Below, piece by piece: positions 20,691 to 31,506 of a stretch of DNA of 64,000 nucleotides. The position numbers were made by a program, and so were the translations under genes. This DNA comes from Candidatus Poribacteria bacterium (GTDB taxonomy: Bacteria > Poribacteria > WGA-4E > PCPOR2b): positions 480,001 through 544,000 of the forward strand of contig OZ244042.1 of assembly GCA_965215015.1 (NCBI GenBank), written 5' to 3'. Below the pieces are notes generated by a model. That model did not search any database, was not told where the DNA came from, and saw nothing but the letters and a program-made list of their open reading frames with translations. Numbering within the stretch: position 1 is the first letter of the stretch; each line of letters opens with the position of its first letter.

Positions 20691-23615
20691 ATGCTTCAGA
20701 AAGTATTGACCAAGGTTTTTGGCAGTAAACAGAATCGGGATATGAAGTTGCTCCAACCAATTGTGGACAAAATCAACCAGTTGGAGCCGGAGATGCAGCG
20801 TCTATCCGATGCTGCCCTCCAATCAAAGACACCGCACTTTCGAGAAAGGCTAGACGCCGGCGAATCCCTCGACGCGCTCTTGCCCGAAGCATTCGCTGCG
20901 GTACGTGAAGTATCGGTGCGGACCTTGAATCAACGCCACTACGATGTTCAACTCATGGGCGGAGTTGTATTCCACCAAGGCAAAATCGCCGAAATGAAAA
21001 CAGGCGAGGGCAAGACCCTAACCTCTACGCTCGCCGTTTATCTGAACGCCTTAGCAGGCAAGGGTGTCCACGTTGTCACTGTCAACGATTATCTCGCCAA
21101 GCGCGATGCGGAATGGATGGGAAAGATTTACACCTTCCTCGGATTGAGTGTGGGGTTAACTTACAGCGGACTACCCCATAATTTGAAAGCCCTAGGATAT
21201 AAATCGGACATTACTTACGGCGTACACAGTGAATTTGGCTTCGATTATCTGTGGGACAATAAAGGGCAGATGCTTGAAGAGAAGGTACAGCGCGGCCATC
21301 ATTACGCCATCGTTGATGAAGTTGACAGCATCCTGATTGATGAGGCACGGACACCGTTGATTATCGCTGAACCACAGGGTGAGCCGGTCGAACTCTATAA
21401 AAAAATTGACGCTGCGGTGCGACGCCTAAAAAATGAAAGACATTATGAACAAGACGAAAAAAGTAGCAAACGCGGCACCGTCGCGCTGACTGAGGGGGGT
21501 GTGGAAGAGATTGAACGCCTCCTAGGGGTAGAAGACCTCTACGATCACGAAAGCATGAACTTGGTGCATCACGTCAATCAGGCACTGATTGCACACACCC
21601 TTTACAAACGCGATGTGGACTATGTTGTGCAGGGCGGAGAAGTCATCATTGTCGATGAATTTACCGGACGATTACAGGAGGGCAGGCGTTTTAACGAAGG
21701 TCTCCATCAAGCCCTTGAAGCCAAAGAACATGTGCAGATTAAGCAGGAAAATCAAACAGGTGCGTCAATTACCTATCAAAACTATTTCCGGATGTACGAG
21801 AAGTTAGCAGGTATGACCGGTACGGCTGAAACAGAAGCTGCCGAGTTTGCACATGTCTACGGATTGGATGTCGTCGTTGTCCCCACGAATGAACCGATGA
21901 TTCGGATGGACCACTCGGACGTTATCTATAAGACGGAAAACGCAAAATACCGGGCGGTTCTCGAAGACATTATTGAGCAGCATGAGCAGGGACGGCCCGT
22001 GCTTGTTGGCACCATTTCAATCGAAAATTCTGAAAAATTGAGTCAGATGCTCCGCAAAAAACGGCGGGACATCAAACATCAGGTGCTGAACGCTAAAGAG
22101 CACGCCCGTGAAGCGACAATCATCTCCCAAGCAGGAGTCCCCGGCAACGTAACGATTGCAACGAATATGGCGGGGCGTGGAGTGGACATCTTGCTCGGTG
22201 GAAATCCGGAGGGGTTGGCGAGAGAGATCCTTCGTAAAAAGAAAGTAGATCCATCCACCATTGACGAGGGTTCAGCAGAATGGCAGGAAGCTCTTGTCGA
22301 AGCTGAAGCCATTTGCGCCCCAAATCGGGGACAGGTGTTAAAAACAGGCGGCTTGCATATCATTGCTACGGAGCGACATGAAGCACGGCGGATTGATAAC
22401 CAATTGCGTGGACGTGCTGGACGTCAAGGAGATCCGGGGTCTTCTCGTTTCTACCTCTCACTCGAAGATGACTTGATGCGGAAGTTTGGATCCGAGCGCT
22501 TATCTGGCATCATGGATCGGTTGGGCATGGAAGAAGATATACCGATTGAACACAAAGCGGTGACCAACGCGATTGAAAAAGCCCAGAAGCGGGTTGAGCA
22601 AGTTTTCTTTGAGATGCGCAAGAATCGACTCAAATTCGACGACGTGATGAACTCGCAACGTCAAAGCATCTACAGTTTGCGCGATAGTATTTTGGAAGGG
22701 GACGACCTCAAAGAGACGATTTGGGAAATGATTGAAAATGTGTTGGATGATTACCTTGAGGAACATTTACCTGAACATATCAATGACGCGAGACTCTCCA
22801 CTATTCGCCCAGAATTCCAAAATCAGCTAAACAGTGGCGAACCAATCTCGGCGGATTCGTTGCAGGAACTTAGAACCAGCGGGCTTACTCTATCCGAAAA
22901 CGCCACCGTTTCAAACTCAAAGAAAGGCAGTGAGTGGTTGGTCTCCGATGATGAGAATCAGAATACATACGTTATCAGGAAAGAAGGGACCCAGTTAAAC
23001 GTTTATGAGGGCATCATTGAAGGGTTCAAAACTTGGTGGGCGAATACCTTCACCATTGATGCGGCAGATTTGCAGCAGCCACTGAACATGAGCCAATCCG
23101 AACTGCGGGAATATCTTCTCAAATTGCTGCGCCAGCTTTATGAACGGCGTGAAGCTGAGATGGGCTCAGAGTTGATGCGTACGCTTGAACGACTGATTCT
23201 GATCGACCGAATTGATCACCATTGGAAAGACCATCTGTACAATATCGATTACATCGAAGAGGGAATTTACCTGCGTGGTTACGCTGGCAAAGATCCGATT
23301 GTTGTTTTTAAAAATGAAGCCTTCAGCGTCTTTGAAGCGATGTACCGACGAATTGAAGGGGAGGTCAGCGAATATATTTTCAAAGCACGTATTGAAACCA
23401 CACCTCTCCAAAGCGATCGGCCTCGGCGTACTTCCCGCCGCAGAAATGCCGTGAACACACACGGTGCTATTGCAGGAGCAACTGGTGGACAATCAGCCAG
23501 TAACACCGCTGAATTTGCTTCCCGTCAGGCGGCTGGTGGACTTCCGAAGGTTGGCCGCAACGCCCCATGTCCCTGTGGGAGCGGCAAAAAATACAAAAAG
23601 TGTCACGGAAAGTAA
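20691..23615 (+). CDS. secA: Preprotein translocase ATPase SecA
   Basis: [39 protein letters not shown] motif [13 protein letters not shown]. Confidence 0.98.
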   Translation: MLQKVLTKVFGSKQNRDMKLLQPIVDKINQLEPEMQRLSDAALQSKTPHFRERLDAGESLDALLPEAFAAVREVSVRTLNQRHYDVQLMGGVVFHQGKIAEMKTGEGKTLTSTLAVYLNALAGKGVHVVTVNDYLAKRDAEWMGKIYTFLGLSVGLTYSGLPHNLKALGYKSDITYGVHSEFGFDYLWDNKGQMLEEKVQRGHHYAIVDEVDSILIDEARTPLIIAEPQGEPVELYKKIDAAVRRLKNERHYEQDEKSSKRGTVALTEGGVEEIERLLGVEDLYDHESMNLVHHVNQALIAHTLYKRDVDYVVQGGEVIIVDEFTGRLQEGRRFNEGLHQALEAKEHVQIKQENQTGASITYQNYFRMYEKLAGMTGTAETEAAEFAHVYGLDVVVVPTNEPMIRMDHSDVIYKTENAKYRAVLEDIIEQHEQGRPVLVGTISIENSEKLSQMLRKKRRDIKHQVLNAKEHAREATIISQAGVPGNVTIATNMAGRGVDILLGGNPEGLAREILRKKKVDPSTIDEGSAEWQEALVEAEAICAPNRGQVLKTGGLHIIATERHEARRIDNQLRGRAGRQGDPGSSRFYLSLEDDLMRKFGSERLSGIMDRLGMEEDIPIEHKAVTNAIEKAQKRVEQVFFEMRKNRLKFDDVMNSQRQSIYSLRDSILEGDDLKETIWEMIENVLDDYLEEHLPEHINDARLSTIRPEFQNQLNSGEPISADSLQELRTSGLTLSENATVSNSKKGSEWLVSDDENQNTYVIRKEGTQLNVYEGIIEGFKTWWANTFTIDAADLQQPLNMSQSELREYLLKLLRQLYERREAEMGSELMRTLERLILIDRIDHHWKDHLYNIDYIEEGIYLRGYAGKDPIVVFKNEAFSVFEAMYRRIEGEVSEYIFKARIETTPLQSDRPRRTSRRRNAVNTHGAIAGATGGQSASNTAEFASRQAAGGLPKVGRNAPCPCGSGKKYKKCHGK

Positions 23616-23672
23616 AGCGTAAAAAATCTGTAAGCACTTAAGAGACAGGTTACAGAATTATGGGGGATTTCC

Positions 23673-23870
23673 TTGAGTTCACAAGCACAAGAAATTAGCG
23701 GTGAATTACTTGAAATCCTCGCATGTCCGGCTTGCAAGGGCGATATCAAGTATGATCAGGAGAATCAGAAGCTGATTTGTATCGGACGATGTAATCGGCA
23801 TTACCCAATCCGTGATGGCATTCCAGTCATGTTAATTGGTGAAGCTGAAATGCCAGGGCGTGAAACGTGA
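23673..23870 (+). CDS. Trm112/YcaR family protein
   Basis: [12 protein letters not shown]...[11 protein letters not shown]. Confidence 0.9.
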   Translation: MSSQAQEISGELLEILACPACKGDIKYDQENQKLICIGRCNRHYPIRDGIPVMLIGEAEMPGRET

Positions 23871-23896
23871 TGTCCAGATCTGATCGAGAGAGACCC

Positions 23897-23965
23897 CGGA
23901 ACATCGCGCGATGTTCCGGGTTGATTGAGCCGAGATTACAGCGCGATAGTGTCTGGTATCTTCGT
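23897..23965. repeat. Palindrome CCCGGAACATCGCGCGATGTTCCGGG overlapping a ~60-bp segment also present at ~47662-47720
   Basis: Direct comparison of the two segments; flanked by CGTGAAACGTGA at ~23859 and ~24001. Confidence 0.55.
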
Positions 23966-24215
23966 AAGTCTCCGATGAATCAAATCCAACGATACCGGGC
24001 CGTGAAACGTGAAAGCCCTTTGCTCATTAGCACCCGCCCTACGAGGTTCATACAAAAAGAGAGTGCAAAATGCTAAGAGAAACTGAGCTTTTGGAATAAG
24101 GAACAACGATTGTTATTCCCGACGGTTTCTGTTGCACGATTTTTTAACATAAAGCCTATAAAAACAGGGTAGGAAATTGATTTCCATCAACCTAAACTAC
24201 CGAATATAGATAACT

Positions 24216-25082
24216 ATGACTCGTCGAAAAAGACTACTCATCATTTTGATTGTTGGTGTTGGATTGTTGTTCTTCTTGTTGATAGTTCGGACCCTGGTGC
24301 AAAGTGCGCCGATTGGAGACAAAGTTGCAGTCATCGATATTACTGGTGTCATATCGCGCACAGAGACAGTTATTGATCAGATCCATCAATATCGTGATGA
24401 TCAGACCGTTAAGGCAATCGTTCTGCGTATTAACTCACCCGGTGGTAGCGTCGCCCCCGTTCAAGAAATCTATAGCGAATTAAAAAAATTGGACAAACCG
24501 ATTGTCGCCTCAATGAGTAGTACCGCCGCATCCGGAGGGTACTATATCGCGGCTATTGCTGATGAGGTTCTTGCAAATCCCGGCACCTTGACAGGTAGCA
24601 TTGGGGTAATCATGCAGTTTACAAAGCTGAAAGGTCTCTACGAAAAGGTGGGATTAGAGCAGCAGGTTGTTAAAAGTGGCAAGTTCAAGGATACAGGTTC
24701 ACCGGTGCGTGATCTGACGGACGAAGAACGTGAGCTTTTGCAGGCAACTCTCGATAATGTTCACAATCAGTTCATCGATGCTGTCTCTGAAGGACGTCAG
24801 GAGCATTTGACACGAGAGGATGTTGTCGCCCTCGCGGACGGACGAATCTTTTCGGGACAGCAAGCGTTGGAACATAAGCTGGTAGACCAGCTTGGTAACC
24901 TCCCCGATGCGATTGACCGCGCAGGAGAGCTTGGGGGCATTTCGGGCAAACCGAAAGTGGTTCGTACGAAGCGCAAAACCTCTATGCTTGAGCGGATATT
25001 AGGCACTACAGGGAAAGAGAATTTAGATAAATTGCTTGACAGCACCGGTGTCACTTTCCGGTATGAACTCCATATCCGGTGA
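24216..25082 (+). CDS. sppA: Signal peptide peptidase SppA (36K type)
   Basis: LRINSPGGS, AASGGYYIA, TGSIGVI, KSGKFKD. Confidence 0.93.
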   Translation: MTRRKRLLIILIVGVGLLFFLLIVRTLVQSAPIGDKVAVIDITGVISRTETVIDQIHQYRDDQTVKAIVLRINSPGGSVAPVQEIYSELKKLDKPIVASMSSTAASGGYYIAAIADEVLANPGTLTGSIGVIMQFTKLKGLYEKVGLEQQVVKSGKFKDTGSPVRDLTDEERELLQATLDNVHNQFIDAVSEGRQEHLTREDVVALADGRIFSGQQALEHKLVDQLGNLPDAIDRAGELGGISGKPKVVRTKRKTSMLERILGTTGKENLDKLLDSTGVTFRYELHIR

Positions 25083-25122
25083 AGTTGCTGTGAAATTAGC
25101 ACCCAACAACCCTATAGACTAA

Positions 25123-26169
25123 ATGGCAGATTTCTACCAACCGAACCACGATTGGGAACGCCTCGCCCGAAAGGTGCTACAACCTCAACAGATTGTACTG
25201 GTTATTGGTGCAACGGATGTCGGTAAATCAACATTCTGCCGGTTTCTCATCGAACGGGGGGTGGCGAGCGGCCTGAGGGTTGGCTTCGTTGATGCGGATG
25301 TGGGGCAATCGCAGATTGGGCCTCCAACCACAATTGGGTTGAAGGTCTTTATGTCAAACGGTTCAACAGAAAGCCTTGAAGAGGTTGAGGGCGAACCCGA
25401 TGCACTTTACTTCGTAGGTTGGACCTCACCCGAACGTCATCTACTGCAATGTGTAGCTGGGACGCGCTTGATGGTTGACGTTGCCTTGAAATCGAGGGCA
25501 GATTTCATTGTGGTTGATACGACAGGTTATATAGAAGGGGATACCGCAGTTGTTCTCAAACAGCACAAAATCGAATTGGTCAAACCAACACACCTGATTT
25601 GCCTCCATCGGTCACGCGAGTTGGAGGCAATTGTTGCTCCCTTCGAGGATAACGATATAATACAAATACATCGTCTTTTGCCTCATAGGAGCGTTACCTC
25701 CAAGAGTGACGAATTTCGTAGAAAGTATCGTGCGTCGAGTTTCACGCGCTACTTTTCAGATTGCGTTCAGGAGACTCTGCCCTTCGATCAGATTCGTGGG
25801 CAAAGAATCCCGTTTTTCAATGGGCGGCAGGCAAACCCAAAAGAACAGGAAATACTCTCCAATTTTGTTGATGACCGTGTTTTTTATGGGGAATGGGGAC
25901 ATCGATCATTGGTACTGGTTACACTAGATGCATTGTCGAGTCTAACCCAAGCACGACTAAAAAATCATTTGAGTTTGAAGAATTTGGTTGCCGAAACTCC
26001 CCAATACTTTGAACGTTGCTTGGTCGGGTTACTTAACGCATCGGGCACAACGATTTCAATTGGAGTGATCGACGCTGTGGATTTCAACGCCAAGCAGTTG
26101 CAAATACGGTGCAAGGTGGGCACAGCAGCCGAGACAAAAACCATCCAGTTTGGACGGTATAGAATGTGA
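25123..26169 (+). CDS. Clp1/Grc3-like polynucleotide 5'-hydroxyl kinase
   Basis: GATDVGKST, DADVGQSQIGPPTTIG, DTTGY, RRKYR. Confidence 0.85.
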   Translation: MADFYQPNHDWERLARKVLQPQQIVLVIGATDVGKSTFCRFLIERGVASGLRVGFVDADVGQSQIGPPTTIGLKVFMSNGSTESLEEVEGEPDALYFVGWTSPERHLLQCVAGTRLMVDVALKSRADFIVVDTTGYIEGDTAVVLKQHKIELVKPTHLICLHRSRELEAIVAPFEDNDIIQIHRLLPHRSVTSKSDEFRRKYRASSFTRYFSDCVQETLPFDQIRGQRIPFFNGRQANPKEQEILSNFVDDRVFYGEWGHRSLVLVTLDALSSLTQARLKNHLSLKNLVAETPQYFERCLVGLLNASGTTISIGVIDAVDFNAKQLQIRCKVGTAAETKTIQFGRYRM

Positions 26170-26175
26170 TGAACG

Positions 26176-26895
26176 ATGTGGAATCAGACCTACCTTCTTT
26201 CCGAACTCCCGCCGGCAGCAGAAACAGCGGAAGAGGTCAAATTCATTTGTGAAGCACTTGAACTTCTGCAAGGGTCAACCGTTCTAGATCTTTGCTGTGG
26301 TCAGGGACGGCATGGACAGCTCTTAGCAGACAGAGGCATGAAAGTTGTTGGCTTAGATAGCTCCCGTTTCCTCTTAACGGAAGCGCAGAAAAACGGATTT
26401 TCAAGCCAGAACCGCGTACATCTCATTGAAGGGGACGCACGTCATATTCCCTTAAAGTCAGCCTGTGATGCTGTCATTAATCTCTTTACCAGTTTCGGTT
26501 TTTTTGAAGATAGTGATAATAGACGGGTTATTACAGCGGTTGCGGCAGCTCTCAAACCAAGTGGGAAATTTTTACTGGAGCACTGGAATCCTTACGCGGT
26601 GTTTCAATTGGATCAAACGCGCAATTGGTGGTGGATGTCCGAATCGCTGCTAGCACTTGCGGAGGTTGAATATGCTCCGGACTCTGGACGGCTTTCCGAC
26701 TATCGAACGGTAATAGATCTCTCTACCGGTGCAGTTCAGGAGTCGGTCAATCGCATTCGATTCTACTTTCCGGCCGAATTGAAAGGAATGTTAGAAGCAG
26801 CAGGCTTGAAGGTACGTGCGATGTACGGCGATTTTGACTATAGTCCGTTTCTGACGGAGTCGAGGCGGCTGATAACGATTGCGGAAAAGTGTTAA
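26176..26895 (+). CDS. Class I SAM-dependent methyltransferase
   Basis: VLDLCCGQGRH, NLFTSFGFF. Confidence 0.9.
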   Translation: MWNQTYLLSELPPAAETAEEVKFICEALELLQGSTVLDLCCGQGRHGQLLADRGMKVVGLDSSRFLLTEAQKNGFSSQNRVHLIEGDARHIPLKSACDAVINLFTSFGFFEDSDNRRVITAVAAALKPSGKFLLEHWNPYAVFQLDQTRNWWWMSESLLALAEVEYAPDSGRLSDYRTVIDLSTGAVQESVNRIRFYFPAELKGMLEAAGLKVRAMYGDFDYSPFLTESRRLITIAEKC

Positions 26896-28709
26896 CAATG
26901 TCCACCTCCTCGCGTTTCGCAAAGTATCTATCGCCGCATCTCGGTTCCGTTGTGTTGGCGGTGGTTTGTGCACTCGTGATTTCCCTCTGCGAAGCGGGAT
27001 ACGCTCACATTTTTGGATACACAATTGAGGCACTCACGCAAATTGCAACCCAGCGTTTTGAAGATGGTCCGATTCAGGTACAATATTTCCATCTTGAAAA
27101 GGTCCTTGACGGCATCAAAATTACTATTACAGACGCAAGCGAGGCCTTTCAATTTATCGGTTGGGTGTTGGTAGGTATCCTTACACTCGTCGTGGTTAAA
27201 GGTGGATTTACTTACTGTAACGATTACCTCATGGCGCGGGTTGGGTATCAACTGATTACCCGCATTCGAAACGAGTTATACGAAAGCATTCTTTTCGCAC
27301 CTTTAGGGGTGCTGAAAGCGCATCGGACAGGGGATTTGATGGCGCGCGTCACAGATGATGTCCGAACATGGCAGTATGCCATTGGATCTACAGCAAACAC
27401 CATTCGCGCAGCTGTCTGCCTCCCTGTCTTTGTCTTAGTTATGCTGTTCCAAAGTGTACAGATGACTTTACTTGCGCTGCTCGTTTTTCCACTGCTTGCC
27501 CATCTGATTAACAGGTTTGGACGACGTATCCATAGCACTAGCTCAGAAATTCAACAACAGACTGGGGACATCTCCTCGCAAGTAAAAGAAACGCTTTTCG
27601 GGCTTAAAATTATCAAGAGTTTTACTGCGGAGGAGGTAGAACGTAACCGCTTTGTCGCAACAAATAAAGGACAGTATCGTGCCGCGATGCGCCGTGTTCG
27701 GCTCACATCGATGTTGCCCCCACTTGTGGAATTTATTAGTGCAATCGGTGTCGCAACCGTGTTTGGATTTGGCTGCTGGCAGGTTGTTCAAGGTCAACTC
27801 AAAATCGGTGGGTTTATCTGCTACATTGCGGTGGCTAGCCTGATGTTTAAGCCGATTAAAACCATTGGGCTCTTCAACAATGTCCTACAACAAAGCCTCG
27901 CTTCCGCCAAAAGAATTTTCTATGTTCTTGATTTTGAGAGAGAGGCGTACAAGCATGAAAAACAGTTGAAACTATCATCGGTTCGTGGCGAGGTTGAGTT
28001 TCGGGATGTCTCCTTCGGATATGAACACGAGCCGGTTGTCAAGCATATCAGTTTTCATGCTAAACCGGGCGAAGTTGTCGCGTTGGTTGGTCGGAGTGGA
28101 AGTGGAAAAACAACTTTACTCAATTTGCTGTCGCGTTTCTACGAAGTGAATTCTGGCGAGATTCTGATTGATGGGATTTCTACCTCCGAAGTGGCATTGG
28201 AAGACCTCAGACGTCAAATCGCAATTGTGCCACAAGAGACTATCTTATTTGATGGAACGGTAATGGAGAACATCATCTATGGCACCTCCGCAGCAACCCG
28301 GGAGGGAGCAATTGAAGCCGCAAAACAAGCAAATGCACACGATTTCATCATTCAAATGCCCAAAGGATATGAAACACAGATTGGCGAATCTGGAGCCAAG
28401 CTATCCACCGGTCAGCAGCAACGTCTCTCGATTGCGCGGGCAATCCTGAAGGATTCCCCTGTCCTCGTGCTTGATGAAGCTACCTCAGCACTTGACAGCC
28501 AATCGGAGGTACTGGTTCAAGCCTCCCTTAAAAACCTGATGGAAGGAAAAACAACCTTTGTTATCGCCCACCGGTTTTCGACGGTTGTTCATGCGAACAA
28601 AATTCTTGTCCTAAATGGTGGGGAGATTGTTGAAAGTGGCACACATCAAGAGCTATTAGCAAATGGAGGGCTATACCAGAAGCTGTGTCAGATGCAGTTT
28701 CGGGGATGA
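26889..28709 (+). CDS. MsbA-like ABC exporter (fused TMD-NBD)
   Basis: GRSGSGKT, LSTGQQQR, LDEATSALD. Confidence 0.9.
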   Translation: MLTMSTSSRFAKYLSPHLGSVVLAVVCALVISLCEAGYAHIFGYTIEALTQIATQRFEDGPIQVQYFHLEKVLDGIKITITDASEAFQFIGWVLVGILTLVVVKGGFTYCNDYLMARVGYQLITRIRNELYESILFAPLGVLKAHRTGDLMARVTDDVRTWQYAIGSTANTIRAAVCLPVFVLVMLFQSVQMTLLALLVFPLLAHLINRFGRRIHSTSSEIQQQTGDISSQVKETLFGLKIIKSFTAEEVERNRFVATNKGQYRAAMRRVRLTSMLPPLVEFISAIGVATVFGFGCWQVVQGQLKIGGFICYIAVASLMFKPIKTIGLFNNVLQQSLASAKRIFYVLDFEREAYKHEKQLKLSSVRGEVEFRDVSFGYEHEPVVKHISFHAKPGEVVALVGRSGSGKTTLLNLLSRFYEVNSGEILIDGISTSEVALEDLRRQIAIVPQETILFDGTVMENIIYGTSAATREGAIEAAKQANAHDFIIQMPKGYETQIGESGAKLSTGQQQRLSIARAILKDSPVLVLDEATSALDSQSEVLVQASLKNLMEGKTTFVIAHRFSTVVHANKILVLNGGEIVESGTHQELLANGGLYQKLCQMQFRG

Positions 28710-29028
28710 ATCCTGCCGCTAGCTGAATTGAGGTAACCTGATTCAGCAGAGATAAATAGGTAGACGGACGCTTTCGAGGGTGCTAGACTTTGTTGCGCGG
28801 CAGTAGGAATACTTGATAGATTTTAGGAAACCTGTCAGATATAGAGTACGAAAACTTATAGCTGGGGACTTAAAGGATTTCTGTCGATTTTATCTCTAAA
28901 CTGAATTGGGAGAAAAAACGTCTCAATGATGGTCACGTAAATCCTAAATCAATACGAAGGGTTGACATTGGTACTGGATATGTAGTGATAGTATATGTTC
29001 CTTAATGATGAGAAAGAATTTTTGGTGT

Positions 29029-29565
29029 TCAATCCCAAATTGATTCCTGGAATGCCTTTTTGGTAACTGCACCTTCGAGGTCTGAAGATTTATACACGGC
29101 TTCTGAAAGATCTACTTCGTATAAATAGGCTCCTTTGAGGTTAGCCCCAAACAGGATAACGCCTTTCATCACAGTTGCACCGAAAATCGCATCTTCGAGG
29201 TTGGCATTTTCAAAACTTGTTAGGCTGCCAAACGCATCCGAAACAACCCAATCTGGGGCACCAATTGTGGCGTTGCGTAAATTTGCACCGCGAAAATTTG
29301 TGCCAGAAAGCACCGCACCGCTGAGAAACGCGCCCTCAAGGTCTGCCCCTTCAAAGTTGGCGTTGGTTAAATTCGCCCCAACAAGGAAAACACCTTTCAT
29401 CACCGCGCTTTCAAAGTTGGCATTGGAAAGGTTCGCGGCGTTGAAGTTTGCTTCTGTTAAATCAGTGGAAGTCCCCGACAGATCGATAGCCGTTAAATTT
29501 TCCCCAATAAATGATTCGCCCTGTTGAAGGCGTTTGAGCACATCAGCTTTGGTAAGTTGATTCAT
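29029..29565 (-). CDS. Pentapeptide repeat protein
   Basis: Tandem A(N/D)(L/F)xx repeats. Confidence 0.9.
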   Translation of the reverse strand: MNQLTKADVLKRLQQGESFIGENLTAIDLSGTSTDLTEANFNAANLSNANFESAVMKGVFLVGANLTNANFEGADLEGAFLSGAVLSGTNFRGANLRNATIGAPDWVVSDAFGSLTSFENANLEDAIFGATVMKGVILFGANLKGAYLYEVDLSEAVYKSSDLEGAVTKKAFQESIWD

Positions 29566-29748
29566 AGTGACCTCCGGTTGGATAGATGATTATGTAAGTC
29601 GTTGGACAGGATTGTGTTAATATCTCATACCCATGGTATCGACAGCTTACGTGACGAACAAAGAGCATTTCTCAGGTCGCACAGTTGAACACTGACAAAC
29701 CGATATGATTTTCGATAATTAACTTAATTTTTTTGATACTTATTATAA

Positions 29749-29925
29749 CTCAAGTTGCTAGTAGTAGGCATACTCCGTATGCCGTAATCCCTGTTTAATT
29801 ATTCATCGACCTATTTCTGTATGTCTAGCGTTCAGCAGGTCAATGAACCCATAATGACCTTCTTACGCATTACGTTCCACATTCCGTATTCAGGCAGGCA
29901 TCGGAACAACAACTAGCAACTTAGG
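29749..29925. mobile_element. MITE-like element family B, copy B1
   Basis: TIR CTCAAGTTGCTAG / CTAGCAACTTAGG; perfect 9-bp flanking direct repeat TTATTATAA at 29740-29748 and 29926-29934; internal GTAGGCATACTCCGTATGCC REP. Confidence 0.8.
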
Positions 29926-30058
29926 TTATTATAACATATCAGGTTTCATATTCATTGTATAAATGCGACCAATAAATAGTAGGAGGTTTATGGACTTTTG
30001 TATATTTTTAATTTTTTTAAGGTTCGACAGAATTTAGCAGAATGGAGATGAGTAAAAA

Positions 30059-31375
30059 ATGAGTAAAGAACGTAAATTCACACATAGTGGAGCTGACGAT
30101 GGGCAAGCGGATGAGTTGGAGTTTGAGGACAACAATGAGTTCCTGTCAGCAGGCTCCAGTGATGAAGCGAATGAAATTGATGATGAGGAAGAAAGCATCA
30201 CGGAAAATACAACAGAAGATAGTCTGATTTCTTCTTTTAGACGACGCAGCGATGTCGCTGATAGCACCCGAGATGAAGCTTTTTCTTATCTGCAGGAGAT
30301 TGCTCGCACCCCCCTGCTTACCCCCGAAAAAGAGGTTGAACTGTTTCAACAGTTTGAAGAGGGAAAACAGAAGATAACAGCGTTATTGAATCAATTTCCA
30401 CCTTGTATTTTAGAGGCAGTACGCCCCAAAGCCGGTCGACGACGTGGTGCCAAACAGAAGGAAACGCAGGGTATTTGGTGGAGCCCAATGCACATTGCTA
30501 CACTTTTGGAGCAAATTCAAAAGGAAATCAAGGTCTACCAAAAGCACGTTGAGACGGATGTTACGCCCCCATCAAGCAATCAGATTGAAGAGTGTGAACG
30601 CCTGGCAACGCTATGGATCGATTTACACGACGCTGTTCAAATCATCCAAGACGCGAAGTTGAAAATTGTTGAGGCAAATCTACTGCTTGTTGCAAGTATC
30701 GCCAAGCAGCACAATTTCAACAAATCATCGCTTTCCTTCCTCGACCTCATGCAGGAGGGAAGTGTTGGCTTGATGAAGGCAGTGGAAAAATTTGACCTCG
30801 CAAGAGGGTATCGCTTCAGTACTTATGCGACATGGTGGATTATGCAAGCGATCAAGCGTGCATTAGATCAGCAAAGCCAGACAATTCGCATTCCTTGTTA
30901 CGTTGGGGAAACGCGACGATCTATCAAGCAGGCACAGAGTCGCCTCGCTAAAGATCTCGAGCGCGAGCCGGGCATCAAAGACATTGCTGAAGAGGTAAGA
31001 ATGCCTGAAAGCCGCGTAATCGAAATTCTCCAGAGCACAAAGGGAACGATTTCGCTGGATTCGCCCCTGAGCGAGGCTTCACCCGATGCGACGATTTCTG
31101 ACTTATTGGCTGATGACTCTCAGGTGACTCCCGAGGAGGAATTGCTTTCTAACTCGGAGAAAGAGTCGCTTGAAGCGGTACTAAATACATTAGCGGTTCG
31201 AGAAACGCTTGTAATCAAGCTCCGCTACGGTTTGACCGACGGCACGGAGCACACCCTTGCCGAGATTGGCAGGCGACTTGGCATTAGCCGGGAAAGGGTA
31301 CGTCAAATTGAAGATGAAGCCCTTCGTAAGTTGCGCCATCATACACGAGTGCAGTACCTTCAAGAGCTTCTCTAA
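30059..31375 (+). CDS. RpoD/RpoS-like sigma70 factor (probably non-primary)
   Basis: YLQEIARTPLL, ANLLLV, DLMQEG, RFSTYATWWI, SRERVRQIE. Confidence 0.88.
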   Translation: MSKERKFTHSGADDGQADELEFEDNNEFLSAGSSDEANEIDDEEESITENTTEDSLISSFRRRSDVADSTRDEAFSYLQEIARTPLLTPEKEVELFQQFEEGKQKITALLNQFPPCILEAVRPKAGRRRGAKQKETQGIWWSPMHIATLLEQIQKEIKVYQKHVETDVTPPSSNQIEECERLATLWIDLHDAVQIIQDAKLKIVEANLLLVASIAKQHNFNKSSLSFLDLMQEGSVGLMKAVEKFDLARGYRFSTYATWWIMQAIKRALDQQSQTIRIPCYVGETRRSIKQAQSRLAKDLEREPGIKDIAEEVRMPESRVIEILQSTKGTISLDSPLSEASPDATISDLLADDSQVTPEEELLSNSEKESLEAVLNTLAVRETLVIKLRYGLTDGTEHTLAEIGRRLGISRERVRQIEDEALRKLRHHTRVQYLQELL

Positions 31376-31506
31376 CCTTCTTCCGAAGGTTCTTTACCTT
31401 TGGAAGGGTCTTCCTGAAACACAGTGTTGCACGTCTGAGAAGGCAGTAAGATTCGTCGCTCTGTGCCTTCTATTTCATTTCCCAATTTCCGCCTGAACTG
31501 GCAGGT

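Noticed and set aside
22791-23009. Intein in SecA
   Set aside because: Too short, and lacks the C/S start and HN-C/S/T end motifs.
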